From positions 62,001 to 126,000 of the IMG/VR virus record IMGVR_UViG_3300044680_000280: a stretch of 64,000 bases of DNA. One strand, 5' to 3'. The translations under genes were made by a program, and so were the position numbers. The stretch's first letter is position 1. Each line of letters begins with the position of its first letter. Below, in pieces: positions 18,206-28,250 of this stretch. The notes below the pieces were generated by a model. That model searched no databases, was not told the DNA's origin, and was given only the letters and a program-made list of their open reading frames with translations.

Positions 18206-21200
18206 CTAGCTTATCACCTTCTGCGTGACATCGATCGACCAATCAATTGTAGTCGAAGACAGTCCAGTAACCCCCACTCTGAAAGTGTTTCCAAGCAGAG
18301 AAACGCTAGAGCTCATGGAGCTGCCCGAACCGTTCGTGAGAATGTTGTACGGAGCTGGAGTTGTGGGATTCAAAACGGCCGAAGAAGAACCGGCCCTCTG
18401 AACGACGCACTCGTAATCCGCGGAGTACATATCCCCTGCCCCGCCCGTATCTACACCAAGAACATTAATGGTGAAGCGGCTAACCGTGGCTGGAGGGAAG
18501 GTGCCGATAGAGTATGGGTACACCGTAGTTGCGTTGGTCGTTGTGTATGTGGTGACGATCGCACTGATGGGTGCCGTGGGAGTACCAGAAGAGTTGAGTG
18601 TCGTCTCCGTGGCCGTGATGTTGATGGGAGACGACCCGCTAATCGAGTTGACCGTCGCCGCAGCGGAACCTGGCCCTGAGGCTGTAACGTCCCCAGTAAG
18701 AGCCGTGATCGCTGGAGCGGTTGTGGTGACCCAACCTTGACCCGTACTGATGATGTTAGACGCAGAACCGCTAATGATCGATACGGTGGCGCCCGTGAGA
18801 GCCCCACCGTAGGAGCTTGAGCCGCCGACCGTAATGGTGTTACCAGTATTGTTGATGATGGTTTTCTGGTAGCCTTTGGTCACAAACGGAAGAACAACCG
18901 TCGTAATGGTTGGACCAGCGATTGCGATGGTTCCGTACATGAAACTCGTTGAATCAACCCAATACGTTGTGGCCGACCCACTATAAAGCTGCTTGTAGTA
19001 GGTGTCGTAGCAAGGGATTCGCACGCACGCCGTATTGTTCGAATCGACGAACGTTGCATTCACCTGAGTGAACACCCCACCCGCGGTCGGAGCAAAGAGA
19101 ATCTGATTAGGGACATTCCACCAAACGGGAGGCTGTGTATTTCCGATTAGGTAAGCCGACCCGTTGGGAAACGGCACATCTCCATTATTCGCAATTTGAG
19201 AAGGGTAGAAGCTCAAAAGGGGCTGGGAAACGAGAGGAGTAGAACTCGCGGTGTACGTAGGACCCAAACCGTTGTAGTTGAAATTCAGGTACTGGAGAGA
19301 ATAAACGGTTCCGGCAACATAGGATCCGTCCCCAGAAACCGGCATCCACGAGATTCCGCCTCCAACAGCGATAGGAGTTCCGGGAGTAAACGTAACAGCA
19401 GAGGAGTCCGGTGGAGAGAAAGTGCCCGTCCCCAGGACATAGGTCGTAGAGGAGACAATTCGGATGAAACAATTTTGAACGGAAGCCGACACAGTCACAT
19501 TGAGGCCAGAGGATGCCGCATAGGTCGTGCCAGTGTAGTTCGTTTGCAAGATGATATGGGCACTCGTAACTGAGGATACGAGGTAAATAGTACCGCTCGT
19601 ATCTGACGAGAAGGTAACAGCATCACCAGCAATCAGGGTACTGACCTGAGAAGAAGTCGTTGGCACAGTGGACGAGCCGTTGGTAATGGCAAACGTACCA
19701 CTCAAAGACGTTCCTGGAACGTAGAAGTATGCGGCCGGAGGGGGAGTGGTGGACCCGTCAGGACAAAGAATGGTGGTATTTCCAACGGACGGAACAACGA
19801 TACCCGTGTTGGGAACAGGGAATATCGCACTGTACGTGTTCCCACCGTCCGGGCTGTACTGGGCTTGTAGGGAAAGACCAGGGAACCCAGTCGTAGTGAT
19901 CTTAACCGCAGGTAGAACAGATGCGGTATTGAAGCTGCTTGCCAGATAAATTGGAGTGCTGGATCCGCCAATTGCGTACCCTGCCGTAATAAGGCACGAG
20001 TCGTTGGTCAGAGACCACGGTCCGCATACGATGACACCCTGACCGCCGTAATCGTTTACGGTTCCAGACCCGTTGTAAAGGGAGAGCTGGGCGGTTCGGT
20101 TGTACGAAATGTTGAGCAAGCGAATGACAGTGTCGAGCAAACCGCCGCCCTCGTTCGTTGCTCCGAGGTCGAAGATTTGAACCGCACAGTCTGGCTCAGC
20201 GAGTAGAAGGACATCTCCAAGCGTGTTCGCGCATCCCTCGATGAGAGGATCGGTCACCATCCAGCCCGACCCGCCGAGGATCAAGGCGTATGACATGTTC
20301 CCGCCGTAGACGAACTGGATGTGCTCAATAGCGTTTTGGTTGGACGCCCCAACTCCGCAAAAGCCGTAGCTCTCCGAAGTGTAATAACCATGAGAGCCCG
20401 TTAGGAAGGCGTTGCCTCCGAAGACAAAGATTTGCCTGTAAGTGCATTCATAGCAGTTGTTGACCCAGGTTCCGCCGATCGTCCCTTGGAGCCAGAGTCG
20501 TTCGTACTTGTTGAACGGAGCGAGTTGGCTGTAGTAAGCCATTCCCGTCTGGTACTTCTGGAGAGCCAAGTCGTGAATATGATTCCACGTGGCACCTTGA
20601 GAGTCGTTGACCGAAGAGTTCCAACGGTTCCAAACGGACATGGTCTTCTGCGAGACCCCGTTCCCTTGAAGAATGCCGATTCGGATGTCGTTGAGATACG
20701 TCGACGTTCCCGTGACGAACAAGTCCCTCTGAATGTTTGAGGGGTCGAAGTTGAGGAGATAGATCGTATGGGCGTCCGTCGAGAGTTCCGCCGTTGGGGG
20801 CGTGAAGTTCGTCGTGTATTCCTGCGTTGCGGAAATACGGAGTCCCCCAAAGTACCCGTCGAAGTTCTCTCCGACAAGTTCCCCCCAGTAGCCAGTTCCA
20901 GGCTTGATATAGCCCGAGAACATGCAGCCCATCGTGAGCTGCTCGGTTATGTTCTGGACCAAAGTTCCAGTAATCGCCGTCTTTAGAGTCGTATCCTCGA
21001 CGCCGTTGACGAACCAGTGGAGATATCCGTCCGCTCCCCAACTCATCGCAATGTGCGTGATGGTTCGAAGAGGGATCTGGATCCCTGAGGTCAGGGATCC
21101 GTTGAATTGTGGGTACGCGGGACCGCTCGGGAAGCTATAGAGATTTGACGTCGTCGCGATGTCTCCCGCGAGGTACCCATCACTCATACCGAACGAAACA

Positions 21201-24200
21201 ACCCGATATGGGTAGCCGTAGGTATAGGCGCTGAACGCGCCTCCTGGTCCAACGCCGCCTCCTCCATTCACAATTGGGGTATAGGAGGCTCCAGTCGTGT
21301 ACGAATTGAGGTAAACGAAGCACTCAATCGTGAGGCCCGTGGCTGGGCTCGTAGACGGCCCCAAACCGCCGAGGAAGCCGACACCTGTTTCGGAAAGTCG
21401 GAGGTACGCTCCGTTGTTCCCATTGGCGATAGTCCAATCGACCATATTGATGCCCGTAGAGGCATTGACTTGGCCAAGAGCGCCCGTGGCCGTGTACGTC
21501 GTACCCGTGTAGTTCGTCGTCAGGGTAATCGTCGTAGAATTGATCGGGGTTGTGAGGGTGTAGACCGTTTGGGTCGCGTCCTCGGCAAAGATGATCTTGT
21601 TCCCCGCTGCCAGAATTCCGACTTGGGACGACGTCGTGGTGACTGAGGCTGAGCCGTTGATAACGTGAAACGTCCCCACTAGATAGTTGACATACGGCGG
21701 CTGAGGATACGAAGGACAGTGGGCAATCAAGGGCCCGAGGAACTCTCCTTGGTAAAGGTTCCCGCCTGCGTCATACGAACGATCGTAGAACGTCGTAAAG
21801 TAGTCTGAAAAGATCTCCGAATTAGTCCCGTCGATGAATAGCGGAGACGTGAGGAAGTACGTGCCAGATGGACTCGGATCGAAGTAACATCGAGCTCCGC
21901 CGATAGACTTCGCGTGATCCAACATGGCTTGAAGGGCCGTATTTTGGCTCACTCCTACGGCGCCCGTTGCTCCGAAAGAGCTCGCGCGTAGGACGGGCAT
22001 GACGCTCGTCCAAGACGCCGCCGTGGAGCTCGTAGCAACAAGGGCCTCGCCCGCCGCGGGCGTCCCACTGAGGACAATCGAGCCTTGGAGTCGTCCCGTA
22101 GTTGTTGAGATACTTCCGCCCGACCCCGATCCCGTCGTATCGCCCGTGAGGGTGATGGTCGGCAATCCGCCCGAGGCCAAGGATACCGATGAAGCGGAAG
22201 TAGCGCGTCCCTTGGCGTCGAAAGTCACCTCGGGGATGGTTGTCGTCGAACCGTACGTTCCTGCGGTCACCCCTGAGGTGGCCAGAGTTGACGCTTGGGA
22301 TCCGCTACCAGGACCGGCGGTGACATCTCCAGTGAGTTGTGTGATACCCGTACTAGACGGCGTTTGCCAATCGGCCGCGGTCGAGGAGGTGGCTGTGAGA
22401 ACCTGACCCGTGGAAGGCGTCCCAGAGACGGTGATTCCAGATACGGCCGAAACGGTCGGCGTTACCGTGGTGATACTGGTCGTTCTCCCCTTCACATCGA
22501 TGGTGATAACTGGGATTGCGGTGCTTCCGCCCGTTGTCCCTGCTGTCGCTACCGTGGCGAGAGAAACGCCGATAGTACCACCTGCCCCGGAACCTAAGAC
22601 GTCTCCTGTAATCGTGATTGTGGGTAGATTCGCGGAAGTGGGGGTGGGTGGTGTTGTTGCGACGGATGTAACCCGCCCCTTCGCGTCGATGGTAACCCTT
22701 GGAATGGCATTCCCACTGCCGTAAGTACCAGCCGTAGCCACCGTAGCAAGCGTTGTGGGTATACTTCCGGCACTTCCCGAACCAGAGACATCTCCCGTCA
22801 ACGTGATTGTGGGAAGGTTCGCGGAACTCGGAGTGACCTGAGTCGTGGTAACCGCAGTAATTAAACCCTTGCCATTGACGGTAATGACGGGAATATCCCC
22901 ACCGTCACCAAAGGTTCCAGTATCGGAGTTCACAGTGCTTAATGTCAGGACTTGAGATCCCAAGCCGGGACCCGCGGTGCCGTCCCCCGTAAGCTGATTG
23001 ATTCCCGTAACGGCCGGAGTCTGCCAATCCGCTGTGGTCGAACTCGTCGCAATAAGAGCTTGTCCGATAGAGGGGGTGCCAGAAACTGTAATTCCACTGA
23101 TGGCGCTGACCGTCGGAGTTGCCGTGGAAACAGATGTAACCCGCCCCTTCGCGTCGATAGTGATTACTGGAACTTGTGTGGAAGATCCTGTCGTTCCCGC
23201 TGTCGCAACTGTGGCAAGAGTGAATACCGATGCACCGGGACCAGTCGCCGTACCATCTCCAGTCAAGGAGGTGATTCCCAACCCCCCACTGTTCGGTTCC
23301 CAGCTCGCCGCAGAGCTCGAAGTGGCCGTGAGAATGTAACCAGCCGAAGGGGTCCCACTGAGGGTAATCGTTCCCTGAAGACTGTCTACCGTTGTGTTGA
23401 TGGTGCCACCCGAGCCCGAGCCAGCGGCATCCCCCGTCAACGTGATTGTGGGAAGGTTCGAAGCGCTCGGAGTGACCTGAGCCAGAGAGACAGAGGTAAT
23501 GCGTCCCTTGGAGTCAACGTTTACGACGGGAACGGCATTTCCACCGCCATAAATTCCAGCAGAAACACCGGAGGCGGCGAGAGTCGCCGCAGCCGTTCCA
23601 GGACCCGTTGCCGTAACATCTCCTGTCAGGCCCGTAATTCCAGCCGCAGGGAATGCTTCCCAGACGGCAGTCGTGGAACTCGTAGCAACGAGGGCCTGAC
23701 CAGCGGACGGAGACCCTGGAATCGAAACCCCACTGACAGAGGAAACCGTCGGAGTGGCGGAGGAGACGGCCGTAACAAGTCCCTTGGCATTGATGGTAAT
23801 GACCGGAACGGAAGTCGGGCCTCCTGTCGTTCCCGCCGTGGACACTGTGGCGAGAGTGAAAGGAACAACCCCTGGTCCGCTAGCTGTACCGTCACCGGTA
23901 AGTCCCGTGATCGCCAGCTCATAGCTGGGCGGGGGGAGAACATAGGAATTGTTTGGGTCTTGCCTGATTTTGAATGTGACGCCCGTTGAGAAATTCGGTG
24001 AGGTGTAGCAGCCGATCTGAAAAAACAAGCAACTGGTACCGGGCATGACAACTTCGGGAGCGTTCCATGTTCCCGTGAAGTTGATCGGAGCATCAGGAAC
24101 AATACCCTGAGGGGTCAGAGCGATTGGACTGGTGGTTAGCTCAATTACAGAGCTTGGGCTTCCACCCTGCCAAACTCGGATAAGAAATCCGATCTCTCCA

Positions 24201-24742
24201 CCAACACTTGTGGGTGACGTTTGCTCGATAGCCAGAGCAAACGTCCACTGGCCAGCCGCAAAGGTCTGAGTAAGCTCTGCCGTTTGAAAGCTGTCACTGC
24301 TCGAGATCGTACCGCCTACCGTAACAGGACCTGTATAGTTCGATTGAGTGCTGATCGTAAAAAAGGACGGACTTACGGATACGACCTGAGGAACGTAGCC
24401 AGGAGAAAAGGTTGGACCCGTTGAGAACCAAACATAATCCCCTGGAACTAGAACATCGACCTGACTGACCGAAGTTTGAACATTGGCAGAGCCACTCGTT
24501 GTGGAAAAGGTGCCAGACAGAGACTGCGGACCTGGGAACTCGGCAAACTGCCCTGACGTGGTAATCGCCTCCAACGTCCCGAAGACCATGAGGGCCGTCG
24601 TGTTGTATCCGTTGACGAGGCTCGTAGTCCATCCCGTGCCAGTCGTGGCTACCGATGGGGCGGACCCCCCGAATTGGGCAGTTCCATTGCTGCCAGTCGG
24701 AGAATTGACCAGATAAAATATACTCAAGGGGTCACCGTTCAC
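18206..24742 (-). CDS. Long tail fibre/tailspike (2178 aa): repeat shaft, pectin-lyase-like beta-helix with an inserted LamG domain, three TNGS modules
   Basis: Fibre repeats LTGD and ITxDAKGR; FGATG...NTALQAMLD...YF.P...Y.LTSPL marks a beta-helix start; LamG motifs TIECFVY, THIAMSW, LHWFVNG, FDGYFGGLRIS. Confidence 0.75.
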   Translation of the reverse strand: MNGDPLSIFYLVNSPTGSNGTAQFGGSAPSVATTGTGWTTSLVNGYNTTALMVFGTLEAITTSGQFAEFPGPQSLSGTFSTTSGSANVQTSVSQVDVLVPGDYVWFSTGPTFSPGYVPQVVSVSPSFFTISTQSNYTGPVTVGGTISSSDSFQTAELTQTFAAGQWTFALAIEQTSPTSVGGEIGFLIRVWQGGSPSSVIELTTSPIALTPQGIVPDAPINFTGTWNAPEVVMPGTSCLFFQIGCYTSPNFSTGVTFKIRQDPNNSYVLPPPSYELAITGLTGDGTASGPGVVPFTLATVSTAGTTGGPTSVPVITINAKGLVTAVSSATPTVSSVSGVSIPGSPSAGQALVATSSTTAVWEAFPAAGITGLTGDVTATGPGTAAATLAASGVSAGIYGGGNAVPVVNVDSKGRITSVSLAQVTPSASNLPTITLTGDAAGSGSGGTINTTVDSLQGTITLSGTPSAGYILTATSSSAASWEPNSGGLGITSLTGDGTATGPGASVFTLATVATAGTTGSSTQVPVITIDAKGRVTSVSTATPTVSAISGITVSGTPSIGQALIATSSTTADWQTPAVTGINQLTGDGTAGPGLGSQVLTLSTVNSDTGTFGDGGDIPVITVNGKGLITAVTTTQVTPSSANLPTITLTGDVSGSGSAGSIPTTLATVATAGTYGSGNAIPRVTIDAKGRVTSVATTPPTPTSANLPTITITGDVLGSGAGGTIGVSLATVATAGTTGGSTAIPVITIDVKGRTTSITTVTPTVSAVSGITVSGTPSTGQVLTATSSTAADWQTPSSTGITQLTGDVTAGPGSGSQASTLATSGVTAGTYGSTTTIPEVTFDAKGRATSASSVSLASGGLPTITLTGDTTGSGSGGSISTTTGRLQGSIVLSGTPAAGEALVATSSTAASWTSVMPVLRASSFGATGAVGVSQNTALQAMLDHAKSIGGARCYFDPSPSGTYFLTSPLFIDGTNSEIFSDYFTTFYDRSYDAGGNLYQGEFLGPLIAHCPSYPQPPYVNYLVGTFHVINGSASVTTTSSQVGILAAGNKIIFAEDATQTVYTLTTPINSTTITLTTNYTGTTYTATGALGQVNASTGINMVDWTIANGNNGAYLRLSETGVGFLGGLGPSTSPATGLTIECFVYLNSYTTGASYTPIVNGGGGVGPGGAFSAYTYGYPYRVVSFGMSDGYLAGDIATTSNLYSFPSGPAYPQFNGSLTSGIQIPLRTITHIAMSWGADGYLHWFVNGVEDTTLKTAITGTLVQNITEQLTMGCMFSGYIKPGTGYWGELVGENFDGYFGGLRISATQEYTTNFTPPTAELSTDAHTIYLLNFDPSNIQRDLFVTGTSTYLNDIRIGILQGNGVSQKTMSVWNRWNSSVNDSQGATWNHIHDLALQKYQTGMAYYSQLAPFNKYERLWLQGTIGGTWVNNCYECTYRQIFVFGGNAFLTGSHGYYTSESYGFCGVGASNQNAIEHIQFVYGGNMSYALILGGSGWMVTDPLIEGCANTLGDVLLLAEPDCAVQIFDLGATNEGGGLLDTVIRLLNISYNRTAQLSLYNGSGTVNDYGGQGVIVCGPWSLTNDSCLITAGYAIGGSSTPIYLASSFNTASVLPAVKITTTGFPGLSLQAQYSPDGGNTYSAIFPVPNTGIVVPSVGNTTILCPDGSTTPPPAAYFYVPGTSLSGTFAITNGSSTVPTTSSQVSTLIAGDAVTFSSDTSGTIYLVSSVTSAHIILQTNYTGTTYAASSGLNVTVSASVQNCFIRIVSSTTYVLGTGTFSPPDSSAVTFTPGTPIAVGGGISWMPVSGDGSYVAGTVYSLQYLNFNYNGLGPTYTASSTPLVSQPLLSFYPSQIANNGDVPFPNGSAYLIGNTQPPVWWNVPNQILFAPTAGGVFTQVNATFVDSNNTACVRIPCYDTYYKQLYSGSATTYWVDSTSFMYGTIAIAGPTITTVVLPFVTKGYQKTIINNTGNTITVGGSSSYGGALTGATVSIISGSASNIISTGQGWVTTTAPAITALTGDVTASGPGSAAATVNSISGSSPINITATETTLNSSGTPTAPISAIVTTYTTTNATTVYPYSIGTFPPATVSRFTINVLGVDTGGAGDMYSADYECVVQRAGSSSAVLNPTTPAPYNILTNGSGSSMSSSVSLLGNTFRVGVTGLSSTTIDWSIDVTQKVIS
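22000..23915 (-). repeat. Fibre shaft repeats
   Basis: Nine (L/I)TGD units, seven KG(R/L) units (PxITxDAKGR type) and five ATSSxxAxW units, in shuffled order. Confidence 0.85.
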
Positions 24743-24769
24743 CCTTGAGAAGAAAAAAGGAGATTACCG

Positions 24770-27700
24770 TCAACTTGTGGCAGTACGGTAGGTGATCGTG
24801 AAGTCCCCTTGTGTGATGTACTCAACGGCAGCCGCCGTGATATCGTGGGAACCGGTATCACCTCGTATGATGTACGTGCATGTATACGCATGATTCGTCG
24901 GAATATCGGGTGGTGTACCCGCCGATGATAGGGAAATGACCACGTGGTTAGCCGTAAGGACGAGTTGCTGAGCGGCGATTTGTGCGGGCGTCGTATAACC
25001 CTGAGCAATGAGGGTAGCCGAGTCGGAATATCCAGTAATGCTGGCACCTTCCGCCCCTATAATCCAACCCTGAGACGGACCGCTCGCCACCGTGGCAAGC
25101 GACGTCGCTGGAGTCATTTGCACGTCGTCTTGGAAGACTCCGTGGGTTTCAGTAGCCAATCCCCCACCGTCAGTTGTTGGGTACTCCAAAGCGCCCGTAA
25201 GAATGTATGCGTTATTGCCCCCGATATTAAGTGAGGGAACCGCCTGGTATGCCGAGTTCACGGTCTCTCGAAGCTTGATCGAACCATCGGCGTAACCCAT
25301 GAGGGCGAAAGGTAGGACATTGAAGTCCACACCCGTCGTATCATTGATGGCGGCGTCTATGTTTGATTGAGCGACGCCCTGACCGATGAGCTTCTGATTC
25401 AGAATGAGAGAGGTGTTCGTACGAATAAGTGGGTCCACGGTCGACTGCACCGCGCCCGAATCGAGCTGAACCGTAGTCTCCAGGTTCACATCATTCTCAA
25501 TTGTCTGCTTGACAAGAACGTCCGCCGTAACGTGCCTTTGGGTATTCACGACGGCTTGGAGCTGCTGGAGGAGATCGTTGATGACGTACGTGACCACGAA
25601 GTTTTCATCGTGGACGTAGTCGACGCTAACCGTCTGCCCACTAACAATGTTCGAAGTCGCTGTTCGCACGAGCTTTGCGGGCGTCGTTGCCGTTCCCTGA
25701 ACGATATCGTAATCAGGAGCCGAGGAGCCTGGTCCATTGTACTCAGTCGTACGATCCGCAGAGTACACGGCAATCGTATCCGTGTTGATTCCTATGCTCT
25801 CTAGGGGTTCGTTGAAGAACCCAATGAGAACATGGACTTCATTGTTCACCGTAATGGTCGCTCCCGACGGGATTCCCTGATACTGAATGATCGAAATGTT
25901 GTCCGTGGAGATGGTAGATTCCCCAACGAGGAGAGGATCCGCGCTCTTGTCGAAAACGATATTGTTTGTGGGGGACAAGGGTCCAGAAACTTCTCCAACG
26001 ACAGAAACGACTCGAATGACTGGCTGAAAACTGAACGTAAAAACGTTCGCCACTTGAAATCGGTAACTAGCTTCAATGACGTCATCAATGTGCGTTGTCG
26101 GCTGGTCCGGAAGAGCGGGGTTCAGCGTGAACGTCTCATAGTCGACAAGGGTCAACCCCGTGAGATCGTAACTCAACCCCTGCGTAACGTTGAATACACT
26201 CAGAACTTGGATAATAGGCGTTGACGGTGTGACCCTTGAGTCCAAAGCTCGCAGTGTGAGCGTCGCAAGATTGATAATAGAGGCATCGATCCCACTGGCA
26301 ATCGTATACGTAAAGGCAAAAGTCTCAGAGATCGTACGCTCAAGCGTGCCTTGAACCCAAATGTCGACTTTGCCACCAATGTGCTTCATACGGACAGGGT
26401 CATAGTCGCGCATCATGAGGGGATCGCCACTCTTGACAACGAGGGCTTTCACTATGCCTACCTGGGACGAAGCCGTACGCTCGTAACCACCCTCAGTGCC
26501 CGTATCAACAGAGACGAACCCTAGGATGGCCCTAGCCGCGAGCTGGGAGTTTGTCTCGACGTCGGTCCCAAAGACCGTTGCAGCATCGTTTGTGACCAGA
26601 ACACCCGAGACGCCCGAAATTTGCGTAATGGAACCCGCGGGAAGGTTTCCGATGCTCCCTGTCTGTTCACAAACGATGTCAACCGTAATTTGGTAGCGCT
26701 TCTCATCGAAGTTGTAATACGCTTGCGCATTCGCAGCAGGGAGAGTGTACGCGCCCGCAATAAGGAACCGTACGGCCGTCGTGTTGGTGCTCGAATTAGC
26801 CGGAGCCGTCACATAGGAATTGGCAGGAATGTCAATGTCTTGAATGGGGGCGGTCAGAGTGTAAATGACTACCTGTCCAGTCGCGGCATTGCCGGGAAGC
26901 CGTGTCTTGTCCTCGTTCCCAGCGAGCTTGTCGAACTGGGTATCGATGAGGCTTTGCACTGCCGCCGTGGACTGAAACCCGAGAGCCGCCATAAGGGCGG
27001 TCTTGTAGGGGCTTGAGCTGACTGGGTCAGAAGTCCCCGTATTGTTCGCATCGTCGATCTGAATTAAGGTTAGGAAACTCTGGGATCTGTGGACGAAATC
27101 CAACACGAACCAAAGGCGCTCCCCTTCCGAGGCAAATGGGTCAATGGATACGTCTCGGGTCGTTGAACCCGGAATCATGGCCACATTGGCGTTGACCGTT
27201 TGAACCTGAGTGATGTAGGAAGTGGTGATGTCGGCAGCAACTCGGCCTGGAAGGTCCGTAATCGCCGTATCGATGGTTAGCGGCGTTCCGAGAACTTCCT
27301 GAGAATACGGGGTCTCAATTTCCTGGTGGAGAGCGCTGTCGTAGAAAACAGCGGTAACAACGTAGTAAAGTGGGTCCGTTGCGGCCACACTGACGAACTG
27401 CTCCGAATTGATGATTCCAGTACCGCCCGCACGATTGTGGGTGAATACGATGAACTCGTTCATGTGGTAGCTCTGAAAGGTGTCCGTGAAGGACAGCTTC
27501 TCAGCGAGGTTCGCTACCTGATACGAATTGTCGTATCTTACGGCTAAGATTTGACCGAAGTCATTCTCCTCCGTAACGCGGATTCGAACGTTCTGAAGGA
27601 TGGTATTGTCCCAAATAGCCGTGTCATTGGCGGACGTAATGATATCCTTTTCGTACGTCGTCGGCGTCAGAACAGGCGAAGCGTTGACCTTGTAATACCC

Positions 27701-28246
27701 CGTAGAGCCACCGGACGCCGTCGAGGCGTAAATATTGAACCCCAGGAAAGACGTCGTCGCAGGAACCGAAATGGCATTCGAGTTTTGAACGACCTGACCG
27801 GGAACCGCTACTGGTTGCTGCCCAACGATGAGAATGGGGGCGAGAGCCAGGATATCGACCGTGTTTCGGTTGCGATTGACCCGAACGCCGGTCGGAATTT
27901 GGGTAATGACAGCATTCGAAGAAAGAACTCTCGTAACCGTTACGGTAGAGGCGGCGCTAACCGCTCCAATGATGTCGACGGTTCGAAGTTGTATCGTATT
28001 GAGCCCGACGATAAGGCCTAGCCCGTCGGGGTAGGACGCTGGATTAGGAACCGTGAAGTTCTGGAGGTTGAAAAGAATGAGAGTTGGATCCGAGACGAAC
28101 GTGCCCCCGTTTATCGATATTTGGATCGCCGCTGTGTCCGGAGTGACCGTACCCGTAATGATGATCGCAGACTCGTTCGTAGTGAACGTAAGGGCTGTTG
28201 TTGTGCCCGAGCCATCTCTCAATTCGATCTGGGGTGCGGTTGCCAT
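24770..28246 (-). CDS. Baseplate J-like wedge protein (T4 gp6/P2 gpJ family, 1158 aa) with N-terminal Ig-like extension
   Basis: PGSTTRD, RLPGNAATGQV, GSIGNLPAGSI, VTNDAATVFGTDVETNSQLAAR, GTEGGY and GGKVDIWV are baseplate-J motifs. Confidence 0.85.
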   Translation of the reverse strand: MATAPQIELRDGSGTTTALTFTTNESAIIITGTVTPDTAAIQISINGGTFVSDPTLILFNLQNFTVPNPASYPDGLGLIVGLNTIQLRTVDIIGAVSAASTVTVTRVLSSNAVITQIPTGVRVNRNRNTVDILALAPILIVGQQPVAVPGQVVQNSNAISVPATTSFLGFNIYASTASGGSTGYYKVNASPVLTPTTYEKDIITSANDTAIWDNTILQNVRIRVTEENDFGQILAVRYDNSYQVANLAEKLSFTDTFQSYHMNEFIVFTHNRAGGTGIINSEQFVSVAATDPLYYVVTAVFYDSALHQEIETPYSQEVLGTPLTIDTAITDLPGRVAADITTSYITQVQTVNANVAMIPGSTTRDVSIDPFASEGERLWFVLDFVHRSQSFLTLIQIDDANNTGTSDPVSSSPYKTALMAALGFQSTAAVQSLIDTQFDKLAGNEDKTRLPGNAATGQVVIYTLTAPIQDIDIPANSYVTAPANSSTNTTAVRFLIAGAYTLPAANAQAYYNFDEKRYQITVDIVCEQTGSIGNLPAGSITQISGVSGVLVTNDAATVFGTDVETNSQLAARAILGFVSVDTGTEGGYERTASSQVGIVKALVVKSGDPLMMRDYDPVRMKHIGGKVDIWVQGTLERTISETFAFTYTIASGIDASIINLATLTLRALDSRVTPSTPIIQVLSVFNVTQGLSYDLTGLTLVDYETFTLNPALPDQPTTHIDDVIEASYRFQVANVFTFSFQPVIRVVSVVGEVSGPLSPTNNIVFDKSADPLLVGESTISTDNISIIQYQGIPSGATITVNNEVHVLIGFFNEPLESIGINTDTIAVYSADRTTEYNGPGSSAPDYDIVQGTATTPAKLVRTATSNIVSGQTVSVDYVHDENFVVTYVINDLLQQLQAVVNTQRHVTADVLVKQTIENDVNLETTVQLDSGAVQSTVDPLIRTNTSLILNQKLIGQGVAQSNIDAAINDTTGVDFNVLPFALMGYADGSIKLRETVNSAYQAVPSLNIGGNNAYILTGALEYPTTDGGGLATETHGVFQDDVQMTPATSLATVASGPSQGWIIGAEGASITGYSDSATLIAQGYTTPAQIAAQQLVLTANHVVISLSSAGTPPDIPTNHAYTCTYIIRGDTGSHDITAAAVEYITQGDFTITYRTATS

Positions 28247-28250
28247 TAGG

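Noticed and set aside
13015-18715. Duplicated fibre C-termini as a diversity-generating retroelement TR/VR pair
   Set aside because: Differences are mostly synonymous and not adenine-specific, both copies are coding, and no reverse transcriptase is in the window.
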